Virus record (IMG/VR): IMGVR_UViG_3300023181_000032
Location: 1 to 58,860 of that record
DNA length: 58,860 bases
Strand: one strand, 5' to 3'
Source: a virus
Taxonomy: Duplodnaviria > Caudoviricetes
The first letter of the stretch is position 1, and every line of letters starts with the position of its first letter. Of this stretch, positions 1-9,156 are shown one piece after another. A model generated the notes under the pieces. The model did not search any database, had not been told where the DNA came from, and saw only the letters and a program-made list of their open reading frames with translations. The position numbers were made by a program, and so were the translations under genes.

Positions 1-130
1 CGGTTGTGAAGCCCCGTTGCACAACCCAAGCTTCAAATCCTTCCCTATTGGCGTCACTCATCGCTACCTTCCTTCGCGGCAGGGGCCATCATGTATCGAT
101 CGTTTTCCAAAGAGACGGTATTTACCCGAG
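1..130. repeat. Terminal direct repeat (left copy); circular-assembly overlap
   Basis: 1-130 is identical to 58731-58860 except position 127 (c vs a). ORF 54..683(-) abuts the start of ORF 58342..58791(-) across the junction. Confidence 0.95.
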
Positions 131-683
131 AGCAGGACTTCGAGGCTGGCGCGGATTGGTGGGCGAGGTATTCGTCAGTAGCAATTTGTACTGGGTGCCG
201 GGTGAAGTCAGTGATTTTCCGGTAGCCGGTCAGCAACTCCCGCACCTTGGTCAGTTCGGATTGCTGTGCGTTAACTACCGAACAGTTTACTTGGCAGTCG
301 TAGGTAAGCTGCTCGATACGCTCGAGTAACCGGGTGTTTTCAGCCTTGAGGGCGTCACGCTCCGCCATTACCTCCGCCCGATGGGCGCTGACTTCTGCAC
401 GGGAGCGCTCAACGTCTTGCACGCTGGCAAAGTTACCGGCAGCGGCTTCTTTGTAGCGCTCCACCTCAGCCTCTAGCCGGGTGACGTGGGCGCGGTCGAC
501 CAGTTCAATGTGCTCATCGTCGTCGGACCGAACAACATCCTGTTGAATCTGCTCGAGCGCACTCATAACCGGCTCGATGTCGATGTCGCCCAGTTCTTCA
601 GAACTGAAGTATCCGCCGAGCGTTACCACGGCCAGCACTTCCACATCGCCAGCAGGCGGCACAATCTCATTTTCTACTGTCAC
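54..683 (-). CDS. Hypothetical phage protein with coiled-coil (early-left operon)
   Basis: 209-aa ORF, GTG start with GAGG RBS, coiled-coil segment, same strand as neighbours. Confidence 0.7.
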   Translation of the reverse strand: MTVENEIVPPAGDVEVLAVVTLGGYFSSEELGDIDIEPVMSALEQIQQDVVRSDDDEHIELVDRAHVTRLEAEVERYKEAAAGNFASVQDVERSRAEVSAHRAEVMAERDALKAENTRLLERIEQLTYDCQVNCSVVNAQQSELTKVRELLTGYRKITDFTRHPVQIATDEYLAHQSAPASKSCSRVNTVSLENDRYMMAPAAKEGSDE

Positions 684-695
684 TTTGACCTCAAT

Positions 696-741
696 GTAGC
701 CTCAGGAGGCTACTATTGGAAAAGTAGCCTCTAGAGGCTAC
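696..741. repeat. Tandem palindromes GTAGCCTC-NN-GAGGCTAC x2
   Basis: gtagcctcaggaggctac (696-713) and gtagcctctagaggctac (724-741), intergenic. Confidence 0.85.
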
Positions 742-761
742 ATCTGGGATTTGGATGGCGT

Positions 762-1853
762 TCAGGCCGCGGGAATGGCGTCGTGAAACACATCCATCTG
801 CGCGGCGCCGTCCAGCCAGGCAGCGTCAATACGCGCTCTGGCCATCGCCGCATAATCCGGATTCAGCTCGCAAATGATCGACCTCCGCCCTTCCTGCATC
901 GAAACGAGCGATGTGGTACCGGCACCTCCGAACGGGTCGAGCACAATGCTGCCGCGCGGTGCGCCCGCCAAAATGCAGGGGCGGATAAGGTCAGGCGGGA
1001 AGGTGGCGAAGTGGGCGCCCTTGAATCCTTGAGTCGGCACAGTCCAGACGCTTCGCTTGTTGCGGGTGGCAACATCCCACTCGCTTTCAGCTCTGTCAGG
1101 CCGGTGTGTACCCTTCGACTGCCCGGGAATGGCCTGCTCACGCTTTGAGTCGTCACGCTGGAAGCTGTCACGTTTTGAGCGCCCGCCGCCAACCGCTTTC
1201 ATCATCCCGTTCGTTTTGCCGGGCACGCGGTCGCTGCCGACCTGGCCTTCAACATCCTGAGCCCATCGAGCGAGGCTTGATTCGGCGGCCGGCTCGCGGA
1301 TGGCTTGCATATCACAGTGGTAGCTTCGGGACTTGCTGAGCAGGAAAATGTATTCGTGGGCTTTCGTACAGCGGTCGCGCGTAGATTCGGGCATCGGGTT
1401 TGGCTTGTTCCAGATGATGTCCTGACGCAAATACCAGCCGTCGTCCTGCAGGGCGAACGCGAGGCGCCAAGGCATGCCCATCAGGTCTTTGTGCTTCAGC
1501 CCCGCAGGCGCAGAACGCCAGCCTGTCGCTTCGCCCTTGCCCTGCCATGCCCCGTCGCCGCGCTCCGCCATGAATGAGCCTCCACCGCCGCGACCTCCGG
1601 AAGCATATGTGTCACCCATGTTTACCCAGACCGTGCCGTCGTCGCGGAGTACTCGACGCACTTCGCGGAAGACGGCCACCAATCGGCCGATGAATTTGGC
1701 GGGAGTTTCTTCGAGGCCGATCTGGCCTTCTACGCCATAGTCGCGCAGCCCAAAGTAGGGCGGACTAGTCACGCAGGTGTGAACTGACTTATCCGGTAGC
1801 GTCCGCATCATTTCGATGCAGTCGCCGACCAGTATCTGGTGAAGCTGGCTCAT
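762..1853 (-). CDS. DNA methyltransferase (N6-adenine/N4-cytosine, beta class)
   Basis: GDC..., catalytic VTSPPY, HFATFP and SAM-binding VLDPFGGAGTT motifs. Start could be 1865. Confidence 0.92.
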   Translation of the reverse strand: MSQLHQILVGDCIEMMRTLPDKSVHTCVTSPPYFGLRDYGVEGQIGLEETPAKFIGRLVAVFREVRRVLRDDGTVWVNMGDTYASGGRGGGGSFMAERGDGAWQGKGEATGWRSAPAGLKHKDLMGMPWRLAFALQDDGWYLRQDIIWNKPNPMPESTRDRCTKAHEYIFLLSKSRSYHCDMQAIREPAAESSLARWAQDVEGQVGSDRVPGKTNGMMKAVGGGRSKRDSFQRDDSKREQAIPGQSKGTHRPDRAESEWDVATRNKRSVWTVPTQGFKGAHFATFPPDLIRPCILAGAPRGSIVLDPFGGAGTTSLVSMQEGRRSIICELNPDYAAMARARIDAAWLDGAAQMDVFHDAIPAA

Positions 1854-1954
1854 GCAGTTCTCCATGCAGGCGCCTCCCTCCGAATGGACGGTGGCGAATA
1901 GGTTAGTGGTGGGCTATACGTGTTGACCGGCATAGGGCCGGGTCAAGGAGACAG

Positions 1955-2323
1955 ATGATGGATGGTGCGGTATCGGGTCTTATCGGAGGTTTGATAGGAG
2001 CAACGGCGTCAATCGGCGCGATGATGATCCAGAGTCATTATCAGGCCAAAAGAGAAGCCGCAAAAAACATCTTAGAGTTTGCTACCCAGACGCGGGCGCA
2101 GGATATCAATTTAGCGATAGCGCGGGGTTCAGATCGCAAAATCCCCCCAATAGCGGCCTATGCATATCAGAATCAAACCCTGCTCAAAGCAATCCATGCA
2201 GGGGATATCACGCCTGAAGAAATGGATGAGCTTGTTCGCCGAAACAAGGAGGTTGAGGATTCCCTGACATTTCTAGGTTCAAGCTGGATCGTTGGTGATG
2301 CAATCAAACAGCAGGGTTTATGA
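1955..2323 (+). CDS. Moron-like hypothetical protein with N-terminal hydrophobic helix
   Basis: Counter-oriented single gene, AAGGAG RBS, N-terminal GLIGGLIGATASIGAMMI. Confidence 0.7.
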   Translation: MMDGAVSGLIGGLIGATASIGAMMIQSHYQAKREAAKNILEFATQTRAQDINLAIARGSDRKIPPIAAYAYQNQTLLKAIHAGDITPEEMDELVRRNKEVEDSLTFLGSSWIVGDAIKQQGL

Positions 2324-2633
2324 TCTCGTCGCCTGGGTCTTTCTGAATTGACGCTAAGCTGGCGTTCAGAAAACTACGCGCCACTTCTTCGTCAATCATG
2401 ATTTCGTGGCGCGGATATGTCAGGAATTCAACCAGTTCGTCGTCTTCCATCAGGTCCATCTTCATGATCGCGATCTGAAGCACCTCGCTGACGATGGATG
2501 TGCGGCCACGCTTGCGGACCCGATTCAGGGCCTGTTCAATTCCCGGCCTGACCCTATGCCGAAGCTCTTTCTCTGCTACCAGCAGACGCTTCTGAGCCAT
2601 CTTCGCTGACCGCTCTTCTGGGCTCTTTGCCAT
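2304..2633 (-). CDS. Hypothetical phage protein
   Basis: 109-aa ORF in the leftward operon. Confidence 0.7.
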   Translation of the reverse strand: MAKSPEERSAKMAQKRLLVAEKELRHRVRPGIEQALNRVRKRGRTSIVSEVLQIAIMKMDLMEDDELVEFLTYPRHEIMIDEEVARSFLNASLASIQKDPGDEIINPAV

Positions 2634-2970
2634 TCAATTCACCGTTTCGTACAAAGGCCGTGCCCGGCTCGTATTCCAGTAGGTCGCAAACCCGGTTGAT
2701 GATCTTCAGGGCTGCGTCGAAAACCTTCGCGTCGTCCGGCTCGCGGCTCAGGCGCTTCATGTTCGGCTGATGCTCAAGACAGACCTTGTCGACGAGGCGC
2801 CAGGCCAATGCCCGTAACTCATCAGCGCTGTCGTGAGTGCGCAGACTCAACGCAAACGCCAAAGCCACATCATCAGGCCGGTACTGACCGCCACTTCTGG
2901 TGTTGTAGAGCTTTTTGACTGATGTCATCCAGCTCGGCAGGGTTACAACTCCGGACGCTGTTTTCTGCAT
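2554..2970 (-). CDS. Hypothetical phage protein
   Basis: 138-aa ORF with AGGAG RBS. Confidence 0.65.
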   Translation of the reverse strand: MQKTASGVVTLPSWMTSVKKLYNTRSGGQYRPDDVALAFALSLRTHDSADELRALAWRLVDKVCLEHQPNMKRLSREPDDAKVFDAALKIINRVCDLLEYEPGTAFVRNGELNGKEPRRAVSEDGSEASAGSRERASA

Positions 2971-3045
2971 GTCCGATCTCCTTGAGCCCGCTTGGTGGTA
3001 GTTGGTGTTGCGCCGCTCGCTTGCGGCGCTGGGGGATGGATCGTT

Positions 3046-3249
3046 TCACGCTACAGCCACAAGCTTGGTCGCAGGCAATTCGTTCAGCGATTCGGATATC
3101 TGCCGTTCAAGCTGCTTGATTGTCCGCTCGCCGCGCTCGGCATCGGCTTTCGACCAATCCTTCGATGCAGCAAGGAGTAGATCAACGCTGGATCGCATGT
3201 GCTGAATGTGCCATGCGCGCTCTTGGGAGTTTTTGAAGGTGGTGGTCAT
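3046..3249 (-). CDS. Hypothetical protein
   Basis: ATG at 3249 (MTTTFKNS...), immediately after the upstream stop. Confidence 0.55.
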   Translation of the reverse strand: MTTTFKNSQERAWHIQHMRSSVDLLLAASKDWSKADAERGERTIKQLERQISESLNELPATKLVAVA

Positions 3250-3251
3250 GG

Positions 3252-3590
3252 TCAGGCTCGCTTTCGACTGTCGATGTCGATGAAGTGGATTTCGGCGATT
3301 TCGCGGAGGACGAAGCGGGTGATACCCAGTTCGGCGCACATTTCAGATTGCGTGTGCCTCGGCGCGAGAGCCGCAATCTGCTCAGCCAGAGCTTCCCGCT
3401 CGGTCCGGCGCTTCGTCATTGCTGCGGCAGTTTTGGTTCGGAACTCAACGCCGTATTGCTCGGCGATGCGGTTGATGCTGCGGGTCGAGCGACCGAGGGC
3501 CTTTGCGGCTGCGAAGACCCCTGCGTCGACGAACTGATGCAGAGATTTGGCGATGTCGGGCTCTGCTGCCCGGTGCGCGTCCCACCTCAT
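3252..3590 (-). CDS. Hypothetical protein with HTH-like segments
   Basis: AAKALGRSTRSINRIAEQYGV and QSEMCAELGITRFVL; overlaps the Sak4 stop. Confidence 0.7.
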   Translation of the reverse strand: MRWDAHRAAEPDIAKSLHQFVDAGVFAAAKALGRSTRSINRIAEQYGVEFRTKTAAAMTKRRTEREALAEQIAALAPRHTQSEMCAELGITRFVLREIAEIHFIDIDSRKRA

Positions 3591-4453
3591 GCCGACTCCT
3601 GCATCGGCATGAGCTCGGCTTTGCGCTTGTCCTTCGCGGCGATCACTCGAGTGATCAGGTCATCAAACCCAAGCGCAATTGCTTTGGCGGCATTGAACGC
3701 TGACTGGAGCGCAGCCATATCAGAGGCGGCGGCGATGTCAGCAATCGCATCAACAAGCAGATCCTTAGCTCGGTCCTCAGGGCTTACGCCTGAGTTCAGC
3801 CAGCCCAGCAGCTTGCGTCCGGTTTCTTCACTGACTAGCTCGGGTGCCGCAAAGATCTTTGTCCGATCCTTGCTGGCGAGAGCCGTGTGCCCGTCGTGAG
3901 TAAGATCGAGCACCACGGTGAACTCGTAATCAGTTCCGTCTCGCTGCTCCGACTTCATGCCCAGCTTGAGGATCTTCTTGCCCTCACCCTGGACTGTCTC
4001 TGTCTTGCTGCGCATGGTGCAGATGACGTGCAGTGAGCTGGTCAGAATTTTGTTGGTCAACTGCCGGTGGCGTGGCGTTGTTTCGTTCCACGCCGCCCAG
4101 GTGTTTCCTCGGAATTTCTGGTGGGCCAGAGCTTCGTTTGATTCGAGACAGCCGCCAGGGCCAGTCCATTCGTGCGAGTAGCTGTCGACGATCAGCACGT
4201 TGTAGCCGGAAGCTTCGGCGGCGGTTATTGCCTCGATGTAGCGTTCAGGCGAGAAGGGTGGTTGTAGTTCGAGCACATCGAAGTCGGCGATGTCCGAATA
4301 CAGCGACGCGCTGCCTTGCTCGGTGTCGATCACCGCGATACGACCACCAAGACCTTTTGCCATGAGCAACGCAGAATAGGTTTTGCCTGAGCCTGATGGA
4401 CCTGCAAGTGCCAGCCTTAGCTTGGCCTGCTTGCGTTCAGCTTTCTTGAACAT
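3587..4453 (-). CDS. Sak4-like AAA ATPase / single-strand annealing recombinase
   Basis: Walker A GPSGSGKT, IAVIDTE, LIVDSYSHEW, YEFTVVLDL, ASKDRT. ATG at 4453 has a GAGG RBS. Confidence 0.85.
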   Translation of the reverse strand: MFKKAERKQAKLRLALAGPSGSGKTYSALLMAKGLGGRIAVIDTEQGSASLYSDIADFDVLELQPPFSPERYIEAITAAEASGYNVLIVDSYSHEWTGPGGCLESNEALAHQKFRGNTWAAWNETTPRHRQLTNKILTSSLHVICTMRSKTETVQGEGKKILKLGMKSEQRDGTDYEFTVVLDLTHDGHTALASKDRTKIFAAPELVSEETGRKLLGWLNSGVSPEDRAKDLLVDAIADIAAASDMAALQSAFNAAKAIALGFDDLITRVIAAKDKRKAELMPMQESA

Positions 4454-4463
4454 GGGAGTTGCC

Positions 4464-4604
4464 TCAATTGTGGCTGTCAAATTCCCGCTGAATCTTGCGG
4501 GCTTCGTCTTCGTACTCAGCGCGTTCGTTGCCGGAGAATTTCTCAGGCACGAACTCGCCGACTTGGGCCCAGTCGAGGTGGGCGGTCATTCGTGGGGTGC
4601 TCAT
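4464..4604 (-). CDS. Small hypothetical protein (46 aa)
   Basis: MSTPRMTAHLDWAQVGEF...; fills the gap between two operon genes; below the ORF-track cutoff. Confidence 0.55.
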   Translation of the reverse strand: MSTPRMTAHLDWAQVGEFVPEKFSGNERAEYEDEARKIQREFDSHN

Positions 4605-4611
4605 GGCGGGC

Positions 4612-5775
4612 TCAGTAGGTGAGGGTGATTGCGGGGATTTTTCGCTGAACGATCAGCGTGATTGCCTGCTTGGCGCACTCAGCAGTCATTCCGCCGGCCA
4701 CGAATGCCTCAAGCGCCGCCCGGTTGATCTTTCCCCGGTGCGCTTGGTCTGCCTCGCGCTGTGCAGCCTGGCGCAGTATCTCGTCAGCTGCGGCATCTGC
4801 CCGCGCGATCTCGTCCAGCCTGGCCTGCTCAACTGCAGCCGCCTGACGCTGTTCGGCTGCAGCACGCTCACGCTCGGCTTGTTGCTCCGCTGCAATGCGA
4901 TTGGCCTCGGCCTGCTCGGCAGCGCGGGCGGCTTGCTCGGCCTGCAACTGAAGCTGCAACCGTTGGCGTTCTGATTCGGCTCCGGCATCGCGAACTGCCT
5001 GATCTGCCGCACGCTGCGCTTCTGCTGCTTGGTCAATCAGCGCCTGCTCACGCGCTGCGGCCGCTTTGCGGTCTGCCTCGGCCTGGGCTGCGGCCTGACG
5101 TTGGGCTTCCTCTACAGCAGCGCGCGCTATGGCGTCATCACGCTCTTTCTGTTCGCGCTCGGCCTTCTCGGCATTGAACTGAGCAATGGCCGCCAGTTCC
5201 GCTTCGTGCTTTGTACGCGTAGCCAGGGCGGTCTTAATCTTGGTGACGGCCTGGTCTTTCGCGCGAGCCGCCTCCGTTTCGAACTCTTCCCACTCCTGGC
5301 TGATCACGACCGCTTCGGCTGCTTCCAAAAGCAGAGTCAGCGACTCAGCGGTGCGATCATCCAGGCTGGCATACAGCGTATTGATGGCTGCGATTGCTTC
5401 GTTGTGAGCATCAACGCGGGCATCTTCCGCAGCCTGCCAGTCGTCCAGCGGCTTGCGCACCTCTTTCTGCCACGATTCCAGCGTGTCCCAAACGCGCTTG
5501 CGTTCGGCGTCGATCTTCTTCGGAATCTCTTTCTGCTCGGCCGACAGCTGTTTGCCGACAGCTTCGAGCGCCGTTTTGGATTTTGCGATGCTGTGCGCCA
5601 TCGAGGCATATGCATCACGGCCTTTCTTGCTGCTGAGGTCAGGGAGGATCTTCTGGAACTCGTCGACCTTGGCGCGCACCTGCTGCAACCATGGCTCCAA
5701 GCCGTTGGCCGTGCTGAACACCGTCAGCGCTGTTTCTTTGGGCGGGACGGTGGCTAATTCTGTTTGTGCGGACAT
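4612..5775 (-). CDS. Long coiled-coil phage protein of the recombination module
   Basis: Ala/Glu/Gln/Arg-rich coiled coil; ATG at 5775 with GAGG RBS. Confidence 0.8.
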   Translation of the reverse strand: MSAQTELATVPPKETALTVFSTANGLEPWLQQVRAKVDEFQKILPDLSSKKGRDAYASMAHSIAKSKTALEAVGKQLSAEQKEIPKKIDAERKRVWDTLESWQKEVRKPLDDWQAAEDARVDAHNEAIAAINTLYASLDDRTAESLTLLLEAAEAVVISQEWEEFETEAARAKDQAVTKIKTALATRTKHEAELAAIAQFNAEKAEREQKERDDAIARAAVEEAQRQAAAQAEADRKAAAAREQALIDQAAEAQRAADQAVRDAGAESERQRLQLQLQAEQAARAAEQAEANRIAAEQQAERERAAAEQRQAAAVEQARLDEIARADAAADEILRQAAQREADQAHRGKINRAALEAFVAGGMTAECAKQAITLIVQRKIPAITLTY

Positions 5776-5825
5776 GGCGATACCTCGCGCTCCGTGCGGG
5801 GCGCTGCATTTGAATTGGAGAGGGG

Positions 5826-5975
5826 TTATTGCTGTTGCTGTTTGGCCTGACGAGCCTTGATCGCGCAGTCGGCGTGCTGGGTTCGCCATCCGCCTTGATG
5901 CCTCTCGAAGTGCCCTGCGCCCGGTGCAACGTTTCCGTGGCAGCGATAACAGACGCCGGCGTACTTATTGCGCAT
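5826..5975 (-). CDS. Small Cys/His zinc-ribbon-like protein
   Basis: MRNKYAGVCYRC...HADC. Confidence 0.55.
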   Translation of the reverse strand: MRNKYAGVCYRCHGNVAPGAGHFERHQGGWRTQHADCAIKARQAKQQQQ

Positions 5976-6159
5976 GTTGTGCGCGAGGCGCCTGGAACCG
6001 AAGCAGCCAGATACCCGGAGCCACCCAGCCATATCGAGCAGGGTCGCCGGTGAATCCTTGTCGACGCGCGAGACGGATAGCGATTGCACGGGTCTTGCCG
6101 GCGAACTCAACTTCTTCAATCTGTTCGTCAACCAGCGACTTCACGATTGGATTGCTCAT
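5965..6159 (-). CDS. Hypothetical protein
   Basis: 64-aa ORF coupled to neighbours. Confidence 0.55.
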   Translation of the reverse strand: MSNPIVKSLVDEQIEEVEFAGKTRAIAIRLARRQGFTGDPARYGWVAPGIWLLRFQAPRAQHAQ

Positions 6160-6386
6160 TTCAAACCCCCGGCCCGTGGCGGGCAGATCATTTCCATTTG
6201 AGAGATTGCAGCGCTGATGCGACCAGGTAGCGAGGCAAGGCGCTTGGCCTCGTTGGCTCGTATTCGGTCGCTGAAAGGATCGGGACCATCGTCGAACCAG
6301 TTATCCCCGGCACCACCTGTTGAGCTTCCATCAAGCCGCGCATCAAGTGCTCTTGCCTGGGCACTGTCCGCGTAACTGGTGCTCAC
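6156..6386 (-). CDS. Hypothetical protein
   Basis: 76-aa ORF with 4-nt overlaps on both sides. Confidence 0.6.
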   Translation of the reverse strand: MSTSYADSAQARALDARLDGSSTGGAGDNWFDDGPDPFSDRIRANEAKRLASLPGRISAAISQMEMICPPRAGGLK

Positions 6387-6613
6387 GATGCGAGACCGAG
6401 ACGACGGTACGACTGATCTCTGATGCGCGACTCGACGACGCTGATTTGGTCGAACAAGATCGAGTACTCGGAAGGCTGAATGACGTTTCCTTCCATCAAC
6501 CCGTCGATCCAGCCAAACGCGCGCGCCACTAACTCGCGAGCAATTAGATGTTTCTTCGGATCTGCTGCCTGAGTGAGCAGGTTGTCGAATCGTTTGCGCT
6601 GAAATTCATCCAT
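6383..6613 (-). CDS. Hypothetical protein
   Basis: 76-aa ORF with GGAGG RBS. Confidence 0.65.
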   Translation of the reverse strand: MDEFQRKRFDNLLTQAADPKKHLIARELVARAFGWIDGLMEGNVIQPSEYSILFDQISVVESRIRDQSYRRLGLAS

Positions 6614-6636
6614 GGTGATGACCTCCAGATGAGGGG

Positions 6637-7104
6637 TTAGGCGGCCTTTGCGCCAGGCTTCGAATTCATCAGCGCGGCATAAGCTGAGAGCGCCTCTTCG
6701 CGGGTATCTCCATAGGCGTAATTGTCAGAGGCTTGCAGGTCTTCAAACCCTTCACCGACGACGCACCATGCGTCACCATCCTGCATTACGCGCACCGCCC
6801 ACCAAGGCTTCTGGAAGCCGTCGGTGTTGCAGCCGTTACAGGCCCAAGTGCCGCCGTACACGAATCCGGAAAGATCACAGTTGCGGTGTGGAAATGGGTG
6901 GATGAAGTAGATCTTTCCGGCCTTGATCATCTCGTCGGCCTTCCACCATCCCTGCATACGCTCAGCCCGGTATGCACCGTCAACGGCATTAACAAACTCG
7001 ACCCCCTGAACGCGAGAGTTGAAGCCGCCGCCGAAGTTGGCGTTGAGGCTGCTAGGTTTGAATATTTCGTATGCGTACTTAATTTTCGAAGGCTGCTTGC
7101 TCAT
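6637..7104 (-). CDS. Hypothetical protein
   Basis: MSKQPSKIKY... with GGAG RBS and a CxxC motif. Confidence 0.65.
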   Translation of the reverse strand: MSKQPSKIKYAYEIFKPSSLNANFGGGFNSRVQGVEFVNAVDGAYRAERMQGWWKADEMIKAGKIYFIHPFPHRNCDLSGFVYGGTWACNGCNTDGFQKPWWAVRVMQDGDAWCVVGEGFEDLQASDNYAYGDTREEALSAYAALMNSKPGAKAA

Positions 7105-7253
7105 CTCAATCTCCATACTGATTAACCAAACATACGGAACTGCCCACACAAGAACGCGATCGGCCAGATAGGCAGCGGAGGATGGACAGTTCGATATGTT
7201 CGGCGGGTGCAGGACGACCGCAGAAGAGCAGGTCGTGTGGAAGGGTGCAGGTG

Positions 7254-7586
7254 TTACGCGGTGGCTTTGCCGATCTCGGCGGCAGCAAGGACGATTGCTC
7301 TGCGGGTTGCGATAAATTCATCGCCATTGAAGTCTTCGCAGTTAACCTGCACCTCATCGCCAAGAGGCAGCCACGCTAGCGCCTGATGCAGAGTGGCATG
7401 CCATCGAAACTTTATTCCAAGCCGTACAGCTAGCCGAAGCGCATCGCCATCGTCTTCTAGTGGGTTCCACCAATGACCTTGCTCAGCGCTACCGACCCAT
7501 GTGCTCCAAACGCCGTTGGCATCAATAGGCGGCTGGCGCACCTCGGCTTTAGCCGCAAGCATCAGTAACTGCTCGTCGTCACTCAT
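7254..7586 (-). CDS. Hypothetical phage protein
   Basis: WNPLEDDGDALRLAV and ATRRAIVLAAAEIG motifs common in phage early proteins; AGGAGG RBS. Confidence 0.8.
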   Translation of the reverse strand: MSDDEQLLMLAAKAEVRQPPIDANGVWSTWVGSAEQGHWWNPLEDDGDALRLAVRLGIKFRWHATLHQALAWLPLGDEVQVNCEDFNGDEFIATRRAIVLAAAEIGKATA

Positions 7587-7610
7587 CGCAACCTCCTATC
7601 GCCTGAAATT

Positions 7611-7632
7611 AAAAACCCGGCCTAGACCGGGT
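7611..7632 (-). terminator. Intrinsic terminator of the leftward transcript
   Basis: acccgg-cctaga-ccgggt hairpin with an A-run on the left. Confidence 0.55.
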
Positions 7633-8285
7633 CGCGCTGATGCTTGGCTCGCTCACATATAGGTGGCTGCCACGGAAGTGGATTAGTCCATGATGCGCAA
7701 TCTCCTATTGCTCGCTCACTGGGAAGGCAGTGGCTACCTGTTGAATGGGGGTGATACAGATGTCAGGGGCTGACGAATCGTCCCCTTACCAGGCGTTATG
7801 ACCTTGCGGGCTTTCAACGTGCACCGCTTCCGTATCCTGGCAACGATGTGTGGTTGACGCTTACTGCGCTTCATCTGCATCGGGGTGTGATCTGCGAGGG
7901 CCGCCTACCGCCTTACCCAATCTCTCGGCATCTCCCGGCTACGGGCTTAGCGCTTCATGGGGTACAGATCACACTCCGATACAGCCTCTTTCGAGGTGTT
8001 CGGGCTTGCTTTTTGGCACACCGCAAGCAGGTGTCTTGACTCCCCGCTCTAACAGGGCTGCCATTCCTTGCTGCCGATACCCGGCAAGGCTGGTTTCGGA
8101 TATGCCGGTCAGCGCTAGAACACTGACTTCACAGATCGGCTCTGCGCATTGATGCAGGTGGGCGGTTATAGGCCGCGTTTTCGTCCGCATAGGTTCTGCG
8201 TCTTCACCATCTATTGGCACCGGAGGCAAGCCCTACCCGGAATCAAGACGCAGACCGATGGGCACTCTTGCGAATGCCGAATGGC

Positions 8286-8489
8286 TCAAGAAGCCTTCTT
8301 TTCAGCCATTTCAATCGCTGCCACTTGCTGCTCTCCAAGCTTTTCGATCAGCACCTTCCGAGCCTCGACCGAAAGACTCCATGATGCGTAATACAAGCCC
8401 TCATCGATGCTTCCGTCGTATTCCATGGTGTTGTTCACGTCCCACAATTTGAGCTTGATACGATTCGTTGGTCGCTTGGCCATCGTCAT
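8286..8489 (-). CDS. Hypothetical protein
   Basis: 67-aa ORF with GGAG RBS. Confidence 0.6.
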   Translation of the reverse strand: MTMAKRPTNRIKLKLWDVNNTMEYDGSIDEGLYYASWSLSVEARKVLIEKLGEQQVAAIEMAEKKAS

Positions 8490-8559
8490 TTCTCCATATG
8501 CTTAATACTGATCCCCGTCAGCGTTAACCCGCTTAAGGGGCATCGGGGTGAGGGTTAAA

Positions 8560-8823
8560 TCAGTCGAGTCCGGTTTCCGATGGTGCCGCCCGGACCAGTT
8601 GAGCCATGTGCTCGAACGTACTGGCAAGGTCTTCGCGGCGCGATTCGGACTTCGGAAGCCAGAACGTCACGGCGCTGCGATCATCATCTTGTGGCGGGTG
8701 ATGCAGGCGCTCACTGCTGTGCAGGATCATTTGCACTGCGCTGTAGGTGAGACCGGTATTCGATACTTTCTGGATCTCGACCACTTCGCTGGTGAGCTCC
8801 TGGCTGTACACGTTGATGCGCAT
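8560..8823 (-). CDS. Hypothetical protein, first clear gene of the PL operon
   Basis: 87-aa ORF with GGAGG RBS. Confidence 0.7.
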   Translation of the reverse strand: MRINVYSQELTSEVVEIQKVSNTGLTYSAVQMILHSSERLHHPPQDDDRSAVTFWLPKSESRREDLASTFEHMAQLVRAAPSETGLD

Positions 8824-9147
8824 TTCAGTTCCTCCGTGTTGTTTCCAAAACGCCCGGTCGCCCAGGCGCTTCAGAAATCGTGCGGTCTTTCATGGCTCCG
8901 TTAACCACGGTGGCCTTGGTTGAACATCCGAGTAATCCTCGGTAGTTCGATCTCCACCACGCTAATTGCGAGTCATCTCTCACCGGCGTCAGCACATTTC
9001 GTGTCCGATGCTCTGCCGGTTTGTCTGCGTGGCTTCGCGTGACCTCATATGGAGTTCACGGCCAGTTCCAGAGCTGGCATGGGCCGACTGTTTATTGCTC
9101 GCATTTACCTGTGAAGGGGTAGTCGGTCGCGAGGATCTTGGCGGGGG

Positions 9148-9156
9148 TAAAGAGCG
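9148..9156 (-). promoter_or_regulatory. boxA-like antitermination element
   Basis: CGCTCTTTA on the minus strand, about 45 nt after the PL start. Confidence 0.5.

Noticed and set aside
1-130. Biological terminal repeat of the virion DNA
   Set aside because: It falls inside early genes, and its length is typical of an assembler overlap on a circular contig. The single mismatch near the end may be a terminal error.
762-1853. Complete restriction-modification system
   Set aside because: No cognate restriction endonuclease is recognisable; orphan methyltransferases are common in temperate phages.
4612-5775. TolA or tape-measure protein
   Set aside because: The similarity would be compositional (Ala/Glu/Gln coiled coil). 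It lies in the early recombination operon and has no TM anchor.
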